A stretch of 64,000 nucleotides of DNA from Bugula neritina (lineage: Eukaryota; Animalia; Bryozoa). The stretch lies in contig OZ037767.1 of NCBI GenBank assembly GCA_964035545.1, positions 6,960,707 to 7,024,706 on the forward strand, read 5' to 3'. Numbering within the stretch: the stretch's first letter is position 1; the number at the start of each line of letters is the position of its first letter. The notes beneath the pieces were generated by a model that did not search any database, was not told where the DNA came from, and saw only the letters and a program-made list of their open reading frames with translations. Position numbers and translations under genes: made by a program. Shown one piece after another: positions 1-10,349 of the stretch.

Positions 1-1
1 G

Positions 2-2761
2 GTAGGAGTAACCTGTGACATTGGTAGAATGTTCCATCAGTTTCGGGTTTTTCCTGAACATAGAGATCTCCTCAGGTTTCTTTGGTATGACGAACAGGGA
101 GAGATAGTTCCTTACAGAATGAAAGTGCATCTCTTTGGCGCAACGTCATCCCCCGCATGCACAACATACGGTTTGCGGTCACTCTGTGACACTAGCATCA
201 ACCCAAACACACTTGCTAAATCGTTCATCAGAAACAACTTTTATGTAGATGATGGTTTAATGAGTTTCTCTGATACTGACTCTGCAATTAGTGTGGTCCA
301 AGACGCCATATCCATATGCCAAGAAGGCAATTTACGTCTTCACAAATTCTCATCTAACTCATCTGCTGTTCTCGAATCTATCCCCGCTTCTGAAAGAAAT
401 GTGCAAGACATCCAAACTCTTGAGCCTGATGATGATTCTCAACCCATTGAAAGAACTCTAGGTCTTCTGTGGTCACTCAAATCTGATGCTTTCACATTCA
501 GCTCATCCATCAAGTCAAACCCTAACACTCGTTCAGGTGTTCTCTCTACCATTGCATCCATATTTGATCCTTTAGGCTTCCTCTCCCCATTCATTTTGAA
601 GGGTAAAAATATACTCCAAGATATGTGTAGAATTTCAGCTTCATGGGAGGCAACCCTAGAAGGTGAACTGTTATTACGGTGGGAGAGCTGGAAATCTTCT
701 CTGTCCGATCTCTCCAACATCCACATCAAGAGATGCTACAAACCACATGATTTCGGTGATATCTCCAAAGCAGAAATTCATCATTTCTCCGATGCCAGTA
801 CAGATGGCTATGGTGAAGTCAGCTACTTGAGAGTGGTCAATGCCAAGCACCAAGTCAATGTTTCCTTGCTCATGAGTAAAGGTCGAGTAGCTCCAATCAA
901 ACCCATCACAATCCCCCGCATGGAACTGCAAGCAGCAGTCACCTCAGCACAAGTATCCGGCATTATTAGGTCAGAACTTGGAATGGATGTCACTGAAACA
1001 TTTTGGACTGATTCTCAAGTTGTACTTGGCTATCTCAAAAACACCTCAAAGAAGTTCCATGTATATGTCACAAACAGAATCCAAAAGGTTAGAGACCAGT
1101 CATGTCCAGAAAGTTGGTTTTACGTACCAACAGACCAGAACCCTGCTGACCATGCCTCAAGAGGTCTGACCATTGATCAGCTAAACAAATCCAACTGGTT
1201 CACGGGACCAGATTTTCTCTGGAATGAACCGATAGTAACCCCTGAGCAGCCAACCCCACAAGTTAGAAATGATGACAAAGAGGTCAAGTCACTTGTTACT
1301 TCAACCCATGATACCTCCACCCATCCAACACTTTATCATTTGCTCCATCGCTTTTCCTCCTGGACGACAGCTGTCAAAGTGACAGGACTATTCATTCAGA
1401 AAGCACGCTCTAAGCACATGAAAAGCACTTCTTATGATATAAAATCTGCCTCTGAATCATACATCATCAAATCTGCACAACAGGAGCATCTTCCTGAAGC
1501 TCAATGCCTGAAAGATGGCAAGAAAATCAGTCAAAGCAGCCCTATCTTCAATCTCAGCCCATTCCTTGATTCAAAGGGTATCATGAGAGTTGGAGGTAGA
1601 CTCGATCATAGCGCATTCATTGAGTTCTCAAACAAACACCCAATCATCCTTCCCAAGGCCGGACATTTTACCCAACTTCTTCTTCAGCACTTCCATAACC
1701 AGGCTAAGCATCAAGGTCGTGGAATGACCCTAGCTCAAATGAGATCAGCTGGTTATTGGGTCATAGGTGCTAGACAGCTAGTTACCTCTCTCATCTATCA
1801 TTGTGTGGACTGCCGTCGTGATCGCGGTAAGCCAATCATTCCAAATATGTCTTCACTTCCTGCAGAAAGAGTTACAGAGTCACCCCCTTTCACTTATTGT
1901 GGAGTCGACTGTTTTGGCCCCTTCCAAGTCAAGGATAGACGCACTGAACTGAAACGTTATGGTCTGATGGTCACTTGCTTGGCCAGTCGAGCGGTCCACA
2001 TCGAGCTACTCGATGACATGACTACTTCTTCCTTCATAAATGCCATTCGCAACGTAATTGCTATTCGCGGCCCCATTAGAGAAATCTGGTGTGACCAGGG
2101 TACCAACTTCATTGGCGCTATTCCTGAACTAACTGAGAAAGGTGTCCTGGAGTTTAAGCTAAACCCGCCTGCAGCCAGTCACATGGGTGGCGTCTGGGAA
2201 AGGATGATCCGTTCAGCTAGAAGCATACTTCAACATGTTCTGAGAAAACATGCTGGAAGACTCGACACCAGTAACCTCCGAACCCTCATGTATGAGGTTA
2301 TGGCTATCATAAATTCGAGGCCCCTCTCTACAGTCACTGAAGAGCATCATCCTCTCACTCCAAATCTCCTGCTGACTATGAAGTCAGACATCATTCTTTC
2401 ACCTCCATCTGAATTCACTGACAGTGATATTTACAGCCGCAAGCGCTGGCGTGCGGTGCAGCATCTGGCAAATAACTTCTGGCAGCGTTGGCGCACTGAG
2501 TATTTGTGCTATCTCCAATCTCGCCAGAAATGGGTGAATCAAACAGGCCGAGAAATGAAGACCGGAAACATAGTGATTATTGTGGATGACAATGGTAATA
2601 GAAATGAGTGGTCTATGGGAAAGGTGGTAGAATGTATAAAATCAAAAGACGGTAGAGTCCGATCAGCCAAAATTTTAATTGGTAATAGAAACCAGCCTGT
2701 GAACTCCAAAAAGTACCTACACCGCCCTGTCTCAAAGCTGGTGACACTAATTGAAAACTAA
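2..2761 (+). CDS. pol: BEL/Pao Pol polyprotein, 5'-truncated by window (RT, RNase H/peptidase A17 region, integrase)
   Basis: Frame open from position 2 (VGVTCDIGRMFHQ). RT motifs HLFGATSSP and FYVDD; RNase H HHFSDAS...TIPRMEL...FWTDSQ; integrase HHCC, VDCFGP, CDQGTNF, GGVWERM. Confidence 0.95.
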   Translation, partial: VGVTCDIGRMFHQFRVFPEHRDLLRFLWYDEQGEIVPYRMKVHLFGATSSPACTTYGLRSLCDTSINPNTLAKSFIRNNFYVDDGLMSFSDTDSAISVVQDAISICQEGNLRLHKFSSNSSAVLESIPASERNVQDIQTLEPDDDSQPIERTLGLLWSLKSDAFTFSSSIKSNPNTRSGVLSTIASIFDPLGFLSPFILKGKNILQDMCRISASWEATLEGELLLRWESWKSSLSDLSNIHIKRCYKPHDFGDISKAEIHHFSDASTDGYGEVSYLRVVNAKHQVNVSLLMSKGRVAPIKPITIPRMELQAAVTSAQVSGIIRSELGMDVTETFWTDSQVVLGYLKNTSKKFHVYVTNRIQKVRDQSCPESWFYVPTDQNPADHASRGLTIDQLNKSNWFTGPDFLWNEPIVTPEQPTPQVRNDDKEVKSLVTSTHDTSTHPTLYHLLHRFSSWTTAVKVTGLFIQKARSKHMKSTSYDIKSASESYIIKSAQQEHLPEAQCLKDGKKISQSSPIFNLSPFLDSKGIMRVGGRLDHSAFIEFSNKHPIILPKAGHFTQLLLQHFHNQAKHQGRGMTLAQMRSAGYWVIGARQLVTSLIYHCVDCRRDRGKPIIPNMSSLPAERVTESPPFTYCGVDCFGPFQVKDRRTELKRYGLMVTCLASRAVHIELLDDMTTSSFINAIRNVIAIRGPIREIWCDQGTNFIGAIPELTEKGVLEFKLNPPAASHMGGVWERMIRSARSILQHVLRKHAGRLDTSNLRTLMYEVMAIINSRPLSTVTEEHHPLTPNLLLTMKSDIILSPPSEFTDSDIYSRKRWRAVQHLANNFWQRWRTEYLCYLQSRQKWVNQTGREMKTGNIVIIVDDNGNRNEWSMGKVVECIKSKDGRVRSAKILIGNRNQPVNSKKYLHRPVSKLVTLIEN

Positions 2762-2835
2762 AAAATATATACATATGTATTTAAAGGATAACGAGTAAAA
2801 CTTTGCTGAAAAATTTCTGAAATTTTAGGTGGGAG

Positions 2836-3454
2836 TGTAGTGTCCTTTATAATAAATAGTAAAATTTCATAAATTTGGTTTTATTTAGTTTGCTTACTGA
2901 CACTCTGCTGCCAATTTGTTCATAACTGTCATAATATATATCAATTAGCAATTTAGCATTTACCGACATTGCCACACTGCGTTTGTGTTGTCACATATTC
3001 CAACAGTGATGAATCACCCATCCTTAGTGTACTCTTTAGCACTTGTTTGTCACTGTTTTTTTATCTTCAAGACCATTTTAGTATCACTCGGTGCATTGCA
3101 AGTTTTATTTTGCACTGGCTGCACTCAAAAAACCATGACTAAGAAACTGAGTGCACTAGCTTTACACATGCCGACAAAAACAGTTAAAATACATTTAGCC
3201 AGGACATTATCGTAAGAACCCTCAAGCGTCAAGGTTCCATTCTCATCTACTCTCACATAATATTATAGCTATTTTTACAAACACACGGTATAAAATGTTG
3301 CTTTCTTTATACTACTAACTCTCTCCTAGAAAGGGTGAAAGAGTTTCATGGTGTAAAAGGTGTAAATGGTGTGAACAGTGTAAATCAATAAACTATCTAC
3401 ACTAAAACATACACCCGTATGGAACTTTCATAGCAAACTAGGAGGGCAGTTACA
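2836..3454 (+). repeat. 3' LTR of BEL/Pao element (~619 bp)
   Basis: Starts TGTAG directly after the PPT, contains AATAAA near 3387 and ends ...GTTACA exactly where pPolB-like codons (ATT ATA CAT TAC = IIHY) begin. The partner LTR is not in the window. Confidence 0.8.
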
Positions 3455-4390
3455 ATTATACATTACGAGGCGTTAAAACAATGCCTTATGTATGGCTTAA
3501 AATTAACAAAAATTCATAGAGGTATAACCTTTAATGAATCGAATAAGTTAAAAAAATATATAAAATTAAATACCGAACTAAGAACTTTAGCTCGAAGCGA
3601 TTTTGAAAAAGATTTCTTTAAGCTAATGAATAATTCCGTGTTCGGTAAAACGATGGAAGATATTCGTAATAGAGTTAACGTTAAATTGGTTACTAGCGAA
3701 AGCGAAGCTAAAAAGTTTACTAATCAACCAAACTTTAAAAGCTTCACTATATTTTCCGAAAATTTAATAGCCGTTCATATGAACGTAACTAAATTAAAGT
3801 TTGATAAACCCGTATATTTGGGAGCCGCAATTTTGGATATTAGTAAAATCCTTATGTATGACTTTCATTACGAGTATATTAAACATAAATATAATAATAA
3901 AGCGCAATTATTATTTACGGATACGGATAGTTTAATGTATCACATAAAAACAGAAGATTTTTATAAAGATATATTACCAGATATTGAAAATAAATTTGAC
4001 ACGAGTAATTATCCTAACAATCACTCGTTACCAACGGGTATAAATAAAAAAATAATAGGTATGTTTAAAGACGAAGCCGGCGGTAAACAAATTACGGAAT
4101 TTGTAGGCCTAAGAGCTAAATTATATTCTTACAAGATGGATGATATAGAAGAGAAAAAATGTAAGGGTATTAATAAAATAACTCGTGATAATCGCATAAC
4201 ATTTGATGATTATAAAGAGTGTTTATTAACGCGGCAGAATCAGCTTAGAACAATGAACGTGTTAAGAAGTCATAAGCATACGATGTACGCTGAAACTATA
4301 AATAAAGTAGCTCTGTCGGCCGAGGATGATAAGAGAATTATACTCGAAGACGGTATAACTACAGTCCCTTACGGTTATATAAATGATTAA
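3455..4390 (+). CDS. protein-primed family B DNA polymerase, C-terminal part, interrupted by the BEL insertion
   Basis: Motifs KLMNNSVFGK (motif B), FTDTDS (motif C) and RAKLYSYK. The frame extends 11 codons upstream of the Met at 3488 (IIHYEALKQCL) to the LTR edge. Confidence 0.93.
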   Translation: MIHYEALKQCLMYGLKLTKIHRGITFNESNKLKKYIKLNTELRTLARSDFEKDFFKLMNNSVFGKTMEDIRNRVNVKLVTSESEAKKFTNQPNFKSFTIFSENLIAVHMNVTKLKFDKPVYLGAAILDISKILMYDFHYEYIKHKYNNKAQLLFTDTDSLMYHIKTEDFYKDILPDIENKFDTSNYPNNHSLPTGINKKIIGMFKDEAGGKQITEFVGLRAKLYSYKMDDIEEKKCKGINKITRDNRITFDDYKECLLTRQNQLRTMNVLRSHKHTMYAETINKVALSAEDDKRIILEDGITTVPYGYIND

Positions 4391-4796
4391 AATAAAAAAT
4401 ATAAAATTACCGAATAAAGCTCTATCAAATATTGAATTAGAGTTTACGATTAAAAAGTTAAAAATACCATTTTTTAGAGGAGTATTTTCAAGAAACGATT
4501 TACCCGATAAACCGCGTAAAAAAGAGTGCGGTATATTAAATTTAGACGATTTAATGGGTAACGGTACTCATTGGGTAGCTTGGTATAAAAATAACAATAA
4601 AAAATATTATTTTGATAGTTTCGGATTACATCCACCGCTAGAAATAATGAAATATTTAAAACCGCCTATATTTTATAACACCGAACGAGTACAAGAATTC
4701 GGTACCGTTATATGCGGACACTTGTGTTTATATTGGCTTAAAGAAATGTCTAAACAAGAGTCACCTCAATTAATTATAAATAAATTACTTATATAA
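4383..4796 (+). CDS. adenain-like (adenoviral-type) cysteine protease of Polinton
   Basis: Catalytic pattern GTHW...YFDSFG...Q-x6-CG; overlaps the pPolB stop in a viral-style arrangement. Confidence 0.9.
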   Translation: MIKIKNIKLPNKALSNIELEFTIKKLKIPFFRGVFSRNDLPDKPRKKECGILNLDDLMGNGTHWVAWYKNNNKKYYFDSFGLHPPLEIMKYLKPPIFYNTERVQEFGTVICGHLCLYWLKEMSKQESPQLIINKLLI

Positions 4797-5324
4797 ATGA
4801 GTTCGGTTTATATTTTTGGAAATTCGGCTAAAGCCACTATAATAAATGAAAAACCGTATATTACAAATATCGTAATTCCATCAGAATTTATTTATTACGA
4901 CGGTAGTTCTAGCGGATTCGGAGGTACGTTAATTAAAGATTTTTTAGTTGATGAACCGATTGAAATAACGAATATACTAGTACAATTTTACGGTGAACAA
5001 GCTCACAATACTAAAGAACTTTATTGGACTGATAAGCGAATAGGCTTACAAGTTCGAAATAGCGCTGAAATATTCGGAGTATCCGATGAAAATACTTTTT
5101 ATGATATAAGCGGTAGCGAACATAATCTCCCGTTTAGCGAAATAAGCGTTAATAAAGTTATTGAAGCTAATAAAAACTTTTCAATATCAATAGCGCTATC
5201 AAAAACTTATCCTAGTCATAAACCTAGCGACGTAATTTTAACCGATACTCCCGCTAGTGAAATAACCGCCGCGGCGTTACCTTTTCATTACGTATTAGTA
5301 AAACTTTATTATAATTATAAATGA
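4797..5324 (+). CDS. Polinton hypothetical protein A (175 aa, predicted beta-rich)
   Basis: Starts immediately after the protease stop (TAAATG); clear paralogue of the next ORF. Confidence 0.75.
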   Translation: MSSVYIFGNSAKATIINEKPYITNIVIPSEFIYYDGSSSGFGGTLIKDFLVDEPIEITNILVQFYGEQAHNTKELYWTDKRIGLQVRNSAEIFGVSDENTFYDISGSEHNLPFSEISVNKVIEANKNFSISIALSKTYPSHKPSDVILTDTPASEITAAALPFHYVLVKLYYNYK

Positions 5325-5842
5325 ATATTTATAAATTTAGTAAAGTCGATATAACGACTAATAAAGCGTATATTACGAGTATTATACCTAAACACGAATT
5401 TTATTATTACGAAGATATTAATAGCTTTACGGTAGATTTAATTAATGATTATTTAGTCGATAAATCTATAGAAATAACGCACGCGTTAATACAATTTTAT
5501 AACGAAAGTTCACCTAATAATAAAACGAAAGAATTATATTGGACTGATAAAAAATTAGGTTTACATATTCGTAATAGCGTAAATCCATTTGACGAATCTA
5601 AAGAAAATATATTTTATACTATTAGCGGTGCTGAACATAATGTTCCGTATAGTAAAATAAATATTAATAAAATTGTTAACGCTAATAATAATTTTTCGTT
5701 TACAATAGCTCTTTCGAATAATTATCCGAGTCATAAACCTAATGACGTAATCCTTGTTAATACACCGAGTGAAGACGCTACTAATACACTACCTTTTGAT
5801 TACGTATATTTAAAACTTTATTATAATAGTTTAACTAATTAA
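5321..5842 (+). CDS. Polinton hypothetical protein B (173 aa), paralogue of protein A
   Basis: ATGA overlap with ORF A; shared blocks TKELYWTDK, ISG[SA]EHN, YPSHKP[SN]DVIL, LPFxYVxxKLYYN. Confidence 0.75.
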   Translation: MNIYKFSKVDITTNKAYITSIIPKHEFYYYEDINSFTVDLINDYLVDKSIEITHALIQFYNESSPNNKTKELYWTDKKLGLHIRNSVNPFDESKENIFYTISGAEHNVPYSKININKIVNANNNFSFTIALSNNYPSHKPNDVILVNTPSEDATNTLPFDYVYLKLYYNSLTN

Positions 5843-5855
5843 AAAATTATTATTA

Positions 5856-6050
5856 ATGCTTTCGAGTGATGGTAATATTGTAGAAACGGATATAAATATT
5901 TCAGATCTTATTACAATAAATAATATAAATAATTACGCTATTCCTAAATTACAAGGAGCAGTTGGTAATAAATTAGTTTTATCAACGAATGATGGAGATA
6001 TAACCGAATCTACTGAATCTTTACCAACATTTCCAAGTTATGACGTTTAA
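5856..6050 (+). CDS. short Polinton ORF or remnant with internal repeat (SSDGNIVET / TNDGDITES)
   Basis: Same codon style as the other Polinton ORFs; last ORF before the terminal region. May be truncated. Confidence 0.4.
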   Translation: MLSSDGNIVETDINISDLITINNINNYAIPKLQGAVGNKLVLSTNDGDITESTESLPTFPSYDV

Positions 6051-6242
6051 ACACTAAATTATTATATTCTTAACGTATAATAATTTATTATCTTACTAAT
6101 AGTATCGTATTGTGAGCTAGAACCATCCACCCTAAAAATATTTTTTTTCTTATTTTAAAAAAAATATTTTTCTAAATAAAATTTATAATATTACACTACT
6201 TTTTTATAATATTACACTACTTTTTCATAATATTACTAATAG

Positions 6243-6346
6243 AGTAGTAGCAGGTGGATGCGTCCTGGATCACTCTTCTGACACTGGCGAGTCGAAGACT
6301 CGACGGTGGAAGAAGAGTGAGCCAGGACCATCCACCTGCTACTACT
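6243..6346. repeat. terminal imperfect hairpin of Polinton (104 nt)
   Basis: 6243-6260 pairs with 6329-6346, 6262-6268 with 6322-6328 and 6270-6279 with 6311-6320; apical CGAGTC-GAA-GACTCG. Preceded by subterminal direct repeats tataatattacactacttttt (~6185-6237). Confidence 0.9.
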
Positions 6347-6549
6347 AATGCAAAGTGATAAAGTTGCTTGATTTAAAGAGATGATTACTCCCAGTCAATA
6401 AGATTTCGAAAGTCAGATTGTTAAATTAAGTATGTAATTGAAGAATATTATTGTGACCTAGCTTTATGTTACACGATAGAAGTTTAGTGATGATGTAATG
6501 ATTTCTATTGGATGTCATCAGCTTCTAGTTACAACCTACATGATTTGGG

Positions 6550-6556
6550 TATATAA
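6550..6556 (+). promoter_or_regulatory. TATA box of Kunitz gene copy 1
   Basis: gggTATATAAgg ~115 bp upstream of the ATG, with an inverted CCAAT (ATTGG 6507-6511) upstream; conserved in all four units. Confidence 0.55.
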
Positions 6557-6666
6557 GGATGAAAATTACTGAAGTAGATAGTATAACATTTTAAATTGTT
6601 ACCTAAGATAGTAATATCTACTCTATTGCTATAACTATTTAAAATAAATTAAAAATATCTATAATT

Positions 6667-8456
6667 ATGGACATTTGCATATTTATTGTTTTTATAGCGT
6701 TTATAACCTTGTTGCAAGTGAGGGTTACACAGGGATCTGGTATGTAAACCACATACATTTACTGTTTTTGCTATTGTAAAATTTATATGTAGATTTTATG
6801 TATCAATGTATTACTTCAATGGTGTTAAATAATGTTGAATAACCTGAATGTAAGTTTCATGAGCTTTTATTTCTATGCACTTTGATTACATCATGATTTT
6901 ATGAACTAGGTTTAATGTGTGTATAAAGACATTACCAATTGCCTTGTTAGATATTATTGTATCCCAAGCACTAATATATAATATATGATCTATACCACTG
7001 TATTATATTTAAAGGAAAGAGATGTCTCCAGCCCAAAGATGAAGGAGTCTATCGACCTCATAGTATACAGCTACGCTACTACTATGATGCAATCGGCAGC
7101 AAGCAATGCCACTCCTTCATTTATTACGGGTCAGGAGGAAACAGCAACAACTTCATGTGAGTGTGTTCTTTTATTTCTGCCTCTATACTATTCGTAATTG
7201 TTTGTAAAAATCAGGGTTTTTGAAAATGTAATAATAAATCATATATCATACTTCATGAAAAAATTATATATATATTTAAAATTTCAAAAAGATTATGTGA
7301 AGTGGAATTAAAACATTTAAGTTTTATATATTCCACAAGCTGTATAGGAAGTACTTAACCAAGTTACACATTGGAAATAGTTGTTAAGATTTGGAGTTAT
7401 TGTCTCTAATCATAAAAATCTATTGAGTGCTCATAAGATTCAGAGTTCACAGAGCAGTTGGGACTGAAATAATTTGTATCTTGCTTATGTTCATTCACGC
7501 AACAAACTTATAGAATTTCAGTCCTCCAAAATTCATGGTTATTTTATGCTTTGATATGCAGGTAGAATCACAATGGTTGCAATGCTTTACATTAATGTCA
7601 TGCTTTTTCTAAGTAAAGTGATATTTCATTACAATAGCTTTGAACGAGTCTGTGACAATAAGTGTAGTTACTCTACAGCCTTGTGCGTTCTCCCTAAAGA
7701 GGAGGGAAATGGGAGTGGCCACCATCTCAGGTTCTTCTACAATCCTTCCACCAGAACCTGTGAAAGCTTTTATTATAAAGGCTCCAATGGCAATGCAAAC
7801 AAGTTTCAGTAAGAAAATATTTGACTCCAAATTCATACTTTTAGTTTGAATAAGTCTTATTAAATGACTATATTTTGAATGAAAATCATTCAAAGTAACA
7901 GTTTGGAGATTCAAGTATCATGCATTTGGCATACAACTCCAAACTGTTGATCTGCAAGCCTTCTATAAATCATACATTATTTTCTTTTAGGAGAAAGTCG
8001 GACTGCATCTCTCGGTGCAGGAGTAACTTGAGACAGGTTTGTCACAGCGGACAGCTGAACCTTGACTACTGTTTAACCCACCATCAACCCTGGTATTACC
8101 ACAGTATGTCAGGTAGATGTGAAGTTCTCCGTCAAGGTCGTTGCAATCGGGATGATAATCGATTTGAGTGAGTTTGCAACACTTTAGTAGTTTATGGACC
8201 ATTAGAAGCAGTTTAACTAATTGTGACTTATCTTAATTCTAATATTTATTCAAAATTGTAATTTTCATCTATATATTTTTATACTAAAAATCATTTTTTC
8301 TAGTATAATGCAAAATGCACACACATGCTTTGCTTACATTGATATGATGTGCATGCCTGAATTATTATCTTATTTTAAACTGTTTATGTTCCTGTTTATA
8401 AATGTAGAACTGAAGAAGAGTGTGAATTGACCTGCAACTATCCTACAGATGATTAA
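6667..8456 (+). CDS. secreted triple Kunitz/BPTI-domain protein, copy 1 (203 aa; exons 6667-6739, 7015-7156, 7638-7808, 7991-8167, 8408-8456)
   Basis: GT-AG exons join in frame (612 nt). Signal peptide MDICIFIVFIAFITLLQVRVTQG; K1 RCLQPKDEGVYRPHSIQLRYYYD...CHSFIYYGSGGNSNNF...C-x3-C; K2 CVLPKEEG...RFFYNPSTRTCESFYYKGSNGNANKF...CISRC; K3 CHSG...C...WYY...C...C...NRFETEEECELTC. Confidence 0.9.
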
Positions 8457-10188
8457 CCTGAAGTAGTCGAACTCTATTTATCACATTATAAATATAATTA
8501 CATATTACACATAATATATTGCACATGCAATATAAATAATTAGTATATGCACATAGCATGTGCTAAAGTTGTCATTAACTTATTTTTTACCTTTAGTAAC
8601 ATACTGCTTGCTATAATATTTTTAGACTGACATGTTTTACTACTAACATCATACTATAGTGTTTTTACAATAATCACCTGTTTTCTAGAATGTTTATTGT
8701 ATAAACTTAATAGCCTTTACAACATTCTGAGTCACTAGATTGTTCTGGAAGGACTTGGTTTGTGAGTTTAGTAGTATATAACAGCAATATTGCTGGCAAG
8801 TAAACTTTTACACGTGTATTATATAATCGGTATAATAAGTATAATATATTTAAAATGTTAAACATTTCCTATTTTCTACTGCTGATAAGCTAATTCAGAG
8901 CAAATGTAATCTACTTGAGTAATTTTTTCAAATAAATTCTAGGGCAGAAGATTGTTCTGGAAGGATTTTGCTTACAGTTTTAGTAATATTGAAGCTATAT
9001 ATAAAGTTTGTGGGGTCCATCATGTCATGACTCCTAATCTGTATAAGTAATATAGTATACTTTAAAACACAAAAACCTCTTTCATTCTTTACTAATGCAG
9101 TGCAGTGCAAGTATAATTTACATAACTAACAAGCTATTGATATGCTTCATGAGTCTAAGAAAAGTTTATTTACTTTCAAAAAATTATTCTAAAAAGTTTT
9201 TTGAAGTTGCTTCTAGAAAATGAAAAAGATATTAAAAGGTTCTGAACATCTTTAAAGTTTGAATTTTTAAGAAATAATTTAAAAGCATGATGTCAATTTG
9301 GTGGTGCAAATTTTGCTTGCCAATAATTTCTAGGAATTACAAGAAATGGCTATAATCAAATAATTAATTAAGTTTGCCTATACTAATATGTTTTGACACA
9401 TGAAAATACACTGCAATCAGTCCCTCACACGGTGTTGCAGCTTGATTATTTAATAATTACCAGATGATATAGTCTTAAAAGCTCTATCAGAAACTGATGT
9501 GAAAAGTTGAGTAGTTGGCAAAATAGAGGTAGGTACAGTAATTGAGAAATAGAGAAAAGCCTGTGTTCTAGATTAGAAGTGTAGCATAAGAAGTTATGTT
9601 GCCGCAAGAATTTCAACCCGCACCCCAAACCAAAGTTTAATAATAAAATTGACGAACTCAGGATATCTCAATTTCTCCACTACTGCTCCTAAATTAGGTG
9701 TAAATGCAAATATGATTAAATAATTTTAGCAACATTTTAAAACTTTTATCATCTTCTTAGTAAAAAAGGTAAATACTTATTGTTTTATTCAACGCACATG
9801 CAAGTTTTTTTTTATTATACATGATTTATTTTAATTCAACGCCACAACAACCACTCCTCATATAAAGAATTAACAAAATAATCATTTATGTTCAAAGAAT
9901 AAATTGTATTTGCAAATCTAAGAATGCATCTGAAAGCATAATTGTATAAAAATAGTACCCTACCATTAAAAATACATTGTAACTTGTAATACATTTTAAA
10001 TGATGCAAGCACAAATGAATCTTTTTAAAAATGAGATAAAAATATTTTTGAATAAGTAGCAAAATAGATTCTAATATATCACAGGTTATTGTTCAAAATT
10101 ACGAGCTGTATAAAATGTGGTAGAAAATGTATATACATGTATATCATTATATATAAATATTTCTGAAGAAAAAGATGATGTTTTATTT

Positions 10189-10191
<3 letters not shown>

Positions 10192-10287
<96 letters not shown>

Positions 10288-10291
10288 CATG

Positions 10292-10349
<58 letters not shown>

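Larger units (their letters stand above)
1..3454 (+). mobile_element. BEL/Pao LTR retrotransposon, 3' portion (5' end outside window)
   Basis: Pol with RT-RNaseH-integrase order and BEL-type motifs, followed by a polypurine tract (aggtgggag 2827-2835) and a TGTA...TACA-bounded LTR; Polinton polymerase homology resumes immediately after 3454. Confidence 0.92.
3455..6346 (+). mobile_element. Polinton/Maverick (adintovirus-like) element, right-hand part
   Basis: Densely packed intronless ORFs including pPolB and an adenain-type protease. Ends in CTACTACT (reverse complement of the AGTAGT Polinton terminus). The flank from 6347 matches the empty site in the other array units (ataatat|aatgcaaagtg). 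Confidence 0.9.

Noticed and set aside
439-1169. Small ORFs inside BEL pol, in the BEL LTR (2985-3215) and inside Gypsy pol (58159-60373)
   Set aside because: Antisense or alternate-frame by-products with no recognisable motifs.
6243-6346. Hammerhead ribozyme, rho-independent terminator or independent MITE
   Set aside because: No CTGANGA/GAAA core, no U tract, eukaryotic context, and no flanking TSD.
6985-7197. ORF MIYTTVLYLK... and overlapping ORFs at 7609-7914, 7640-7849 and 7987-8202
   Set aside because: Wrong-frame or antisense shadows of Kunitz exons; the first is broken by a stop in copies 3 and 4.
8680-9340. Cluster of STAT-like TTC(N2-3)GAA sites between the two genes
   Set aside because: Short motifs expected by chance in AT-rich DNA; enrichment cannot be assessed without computation.
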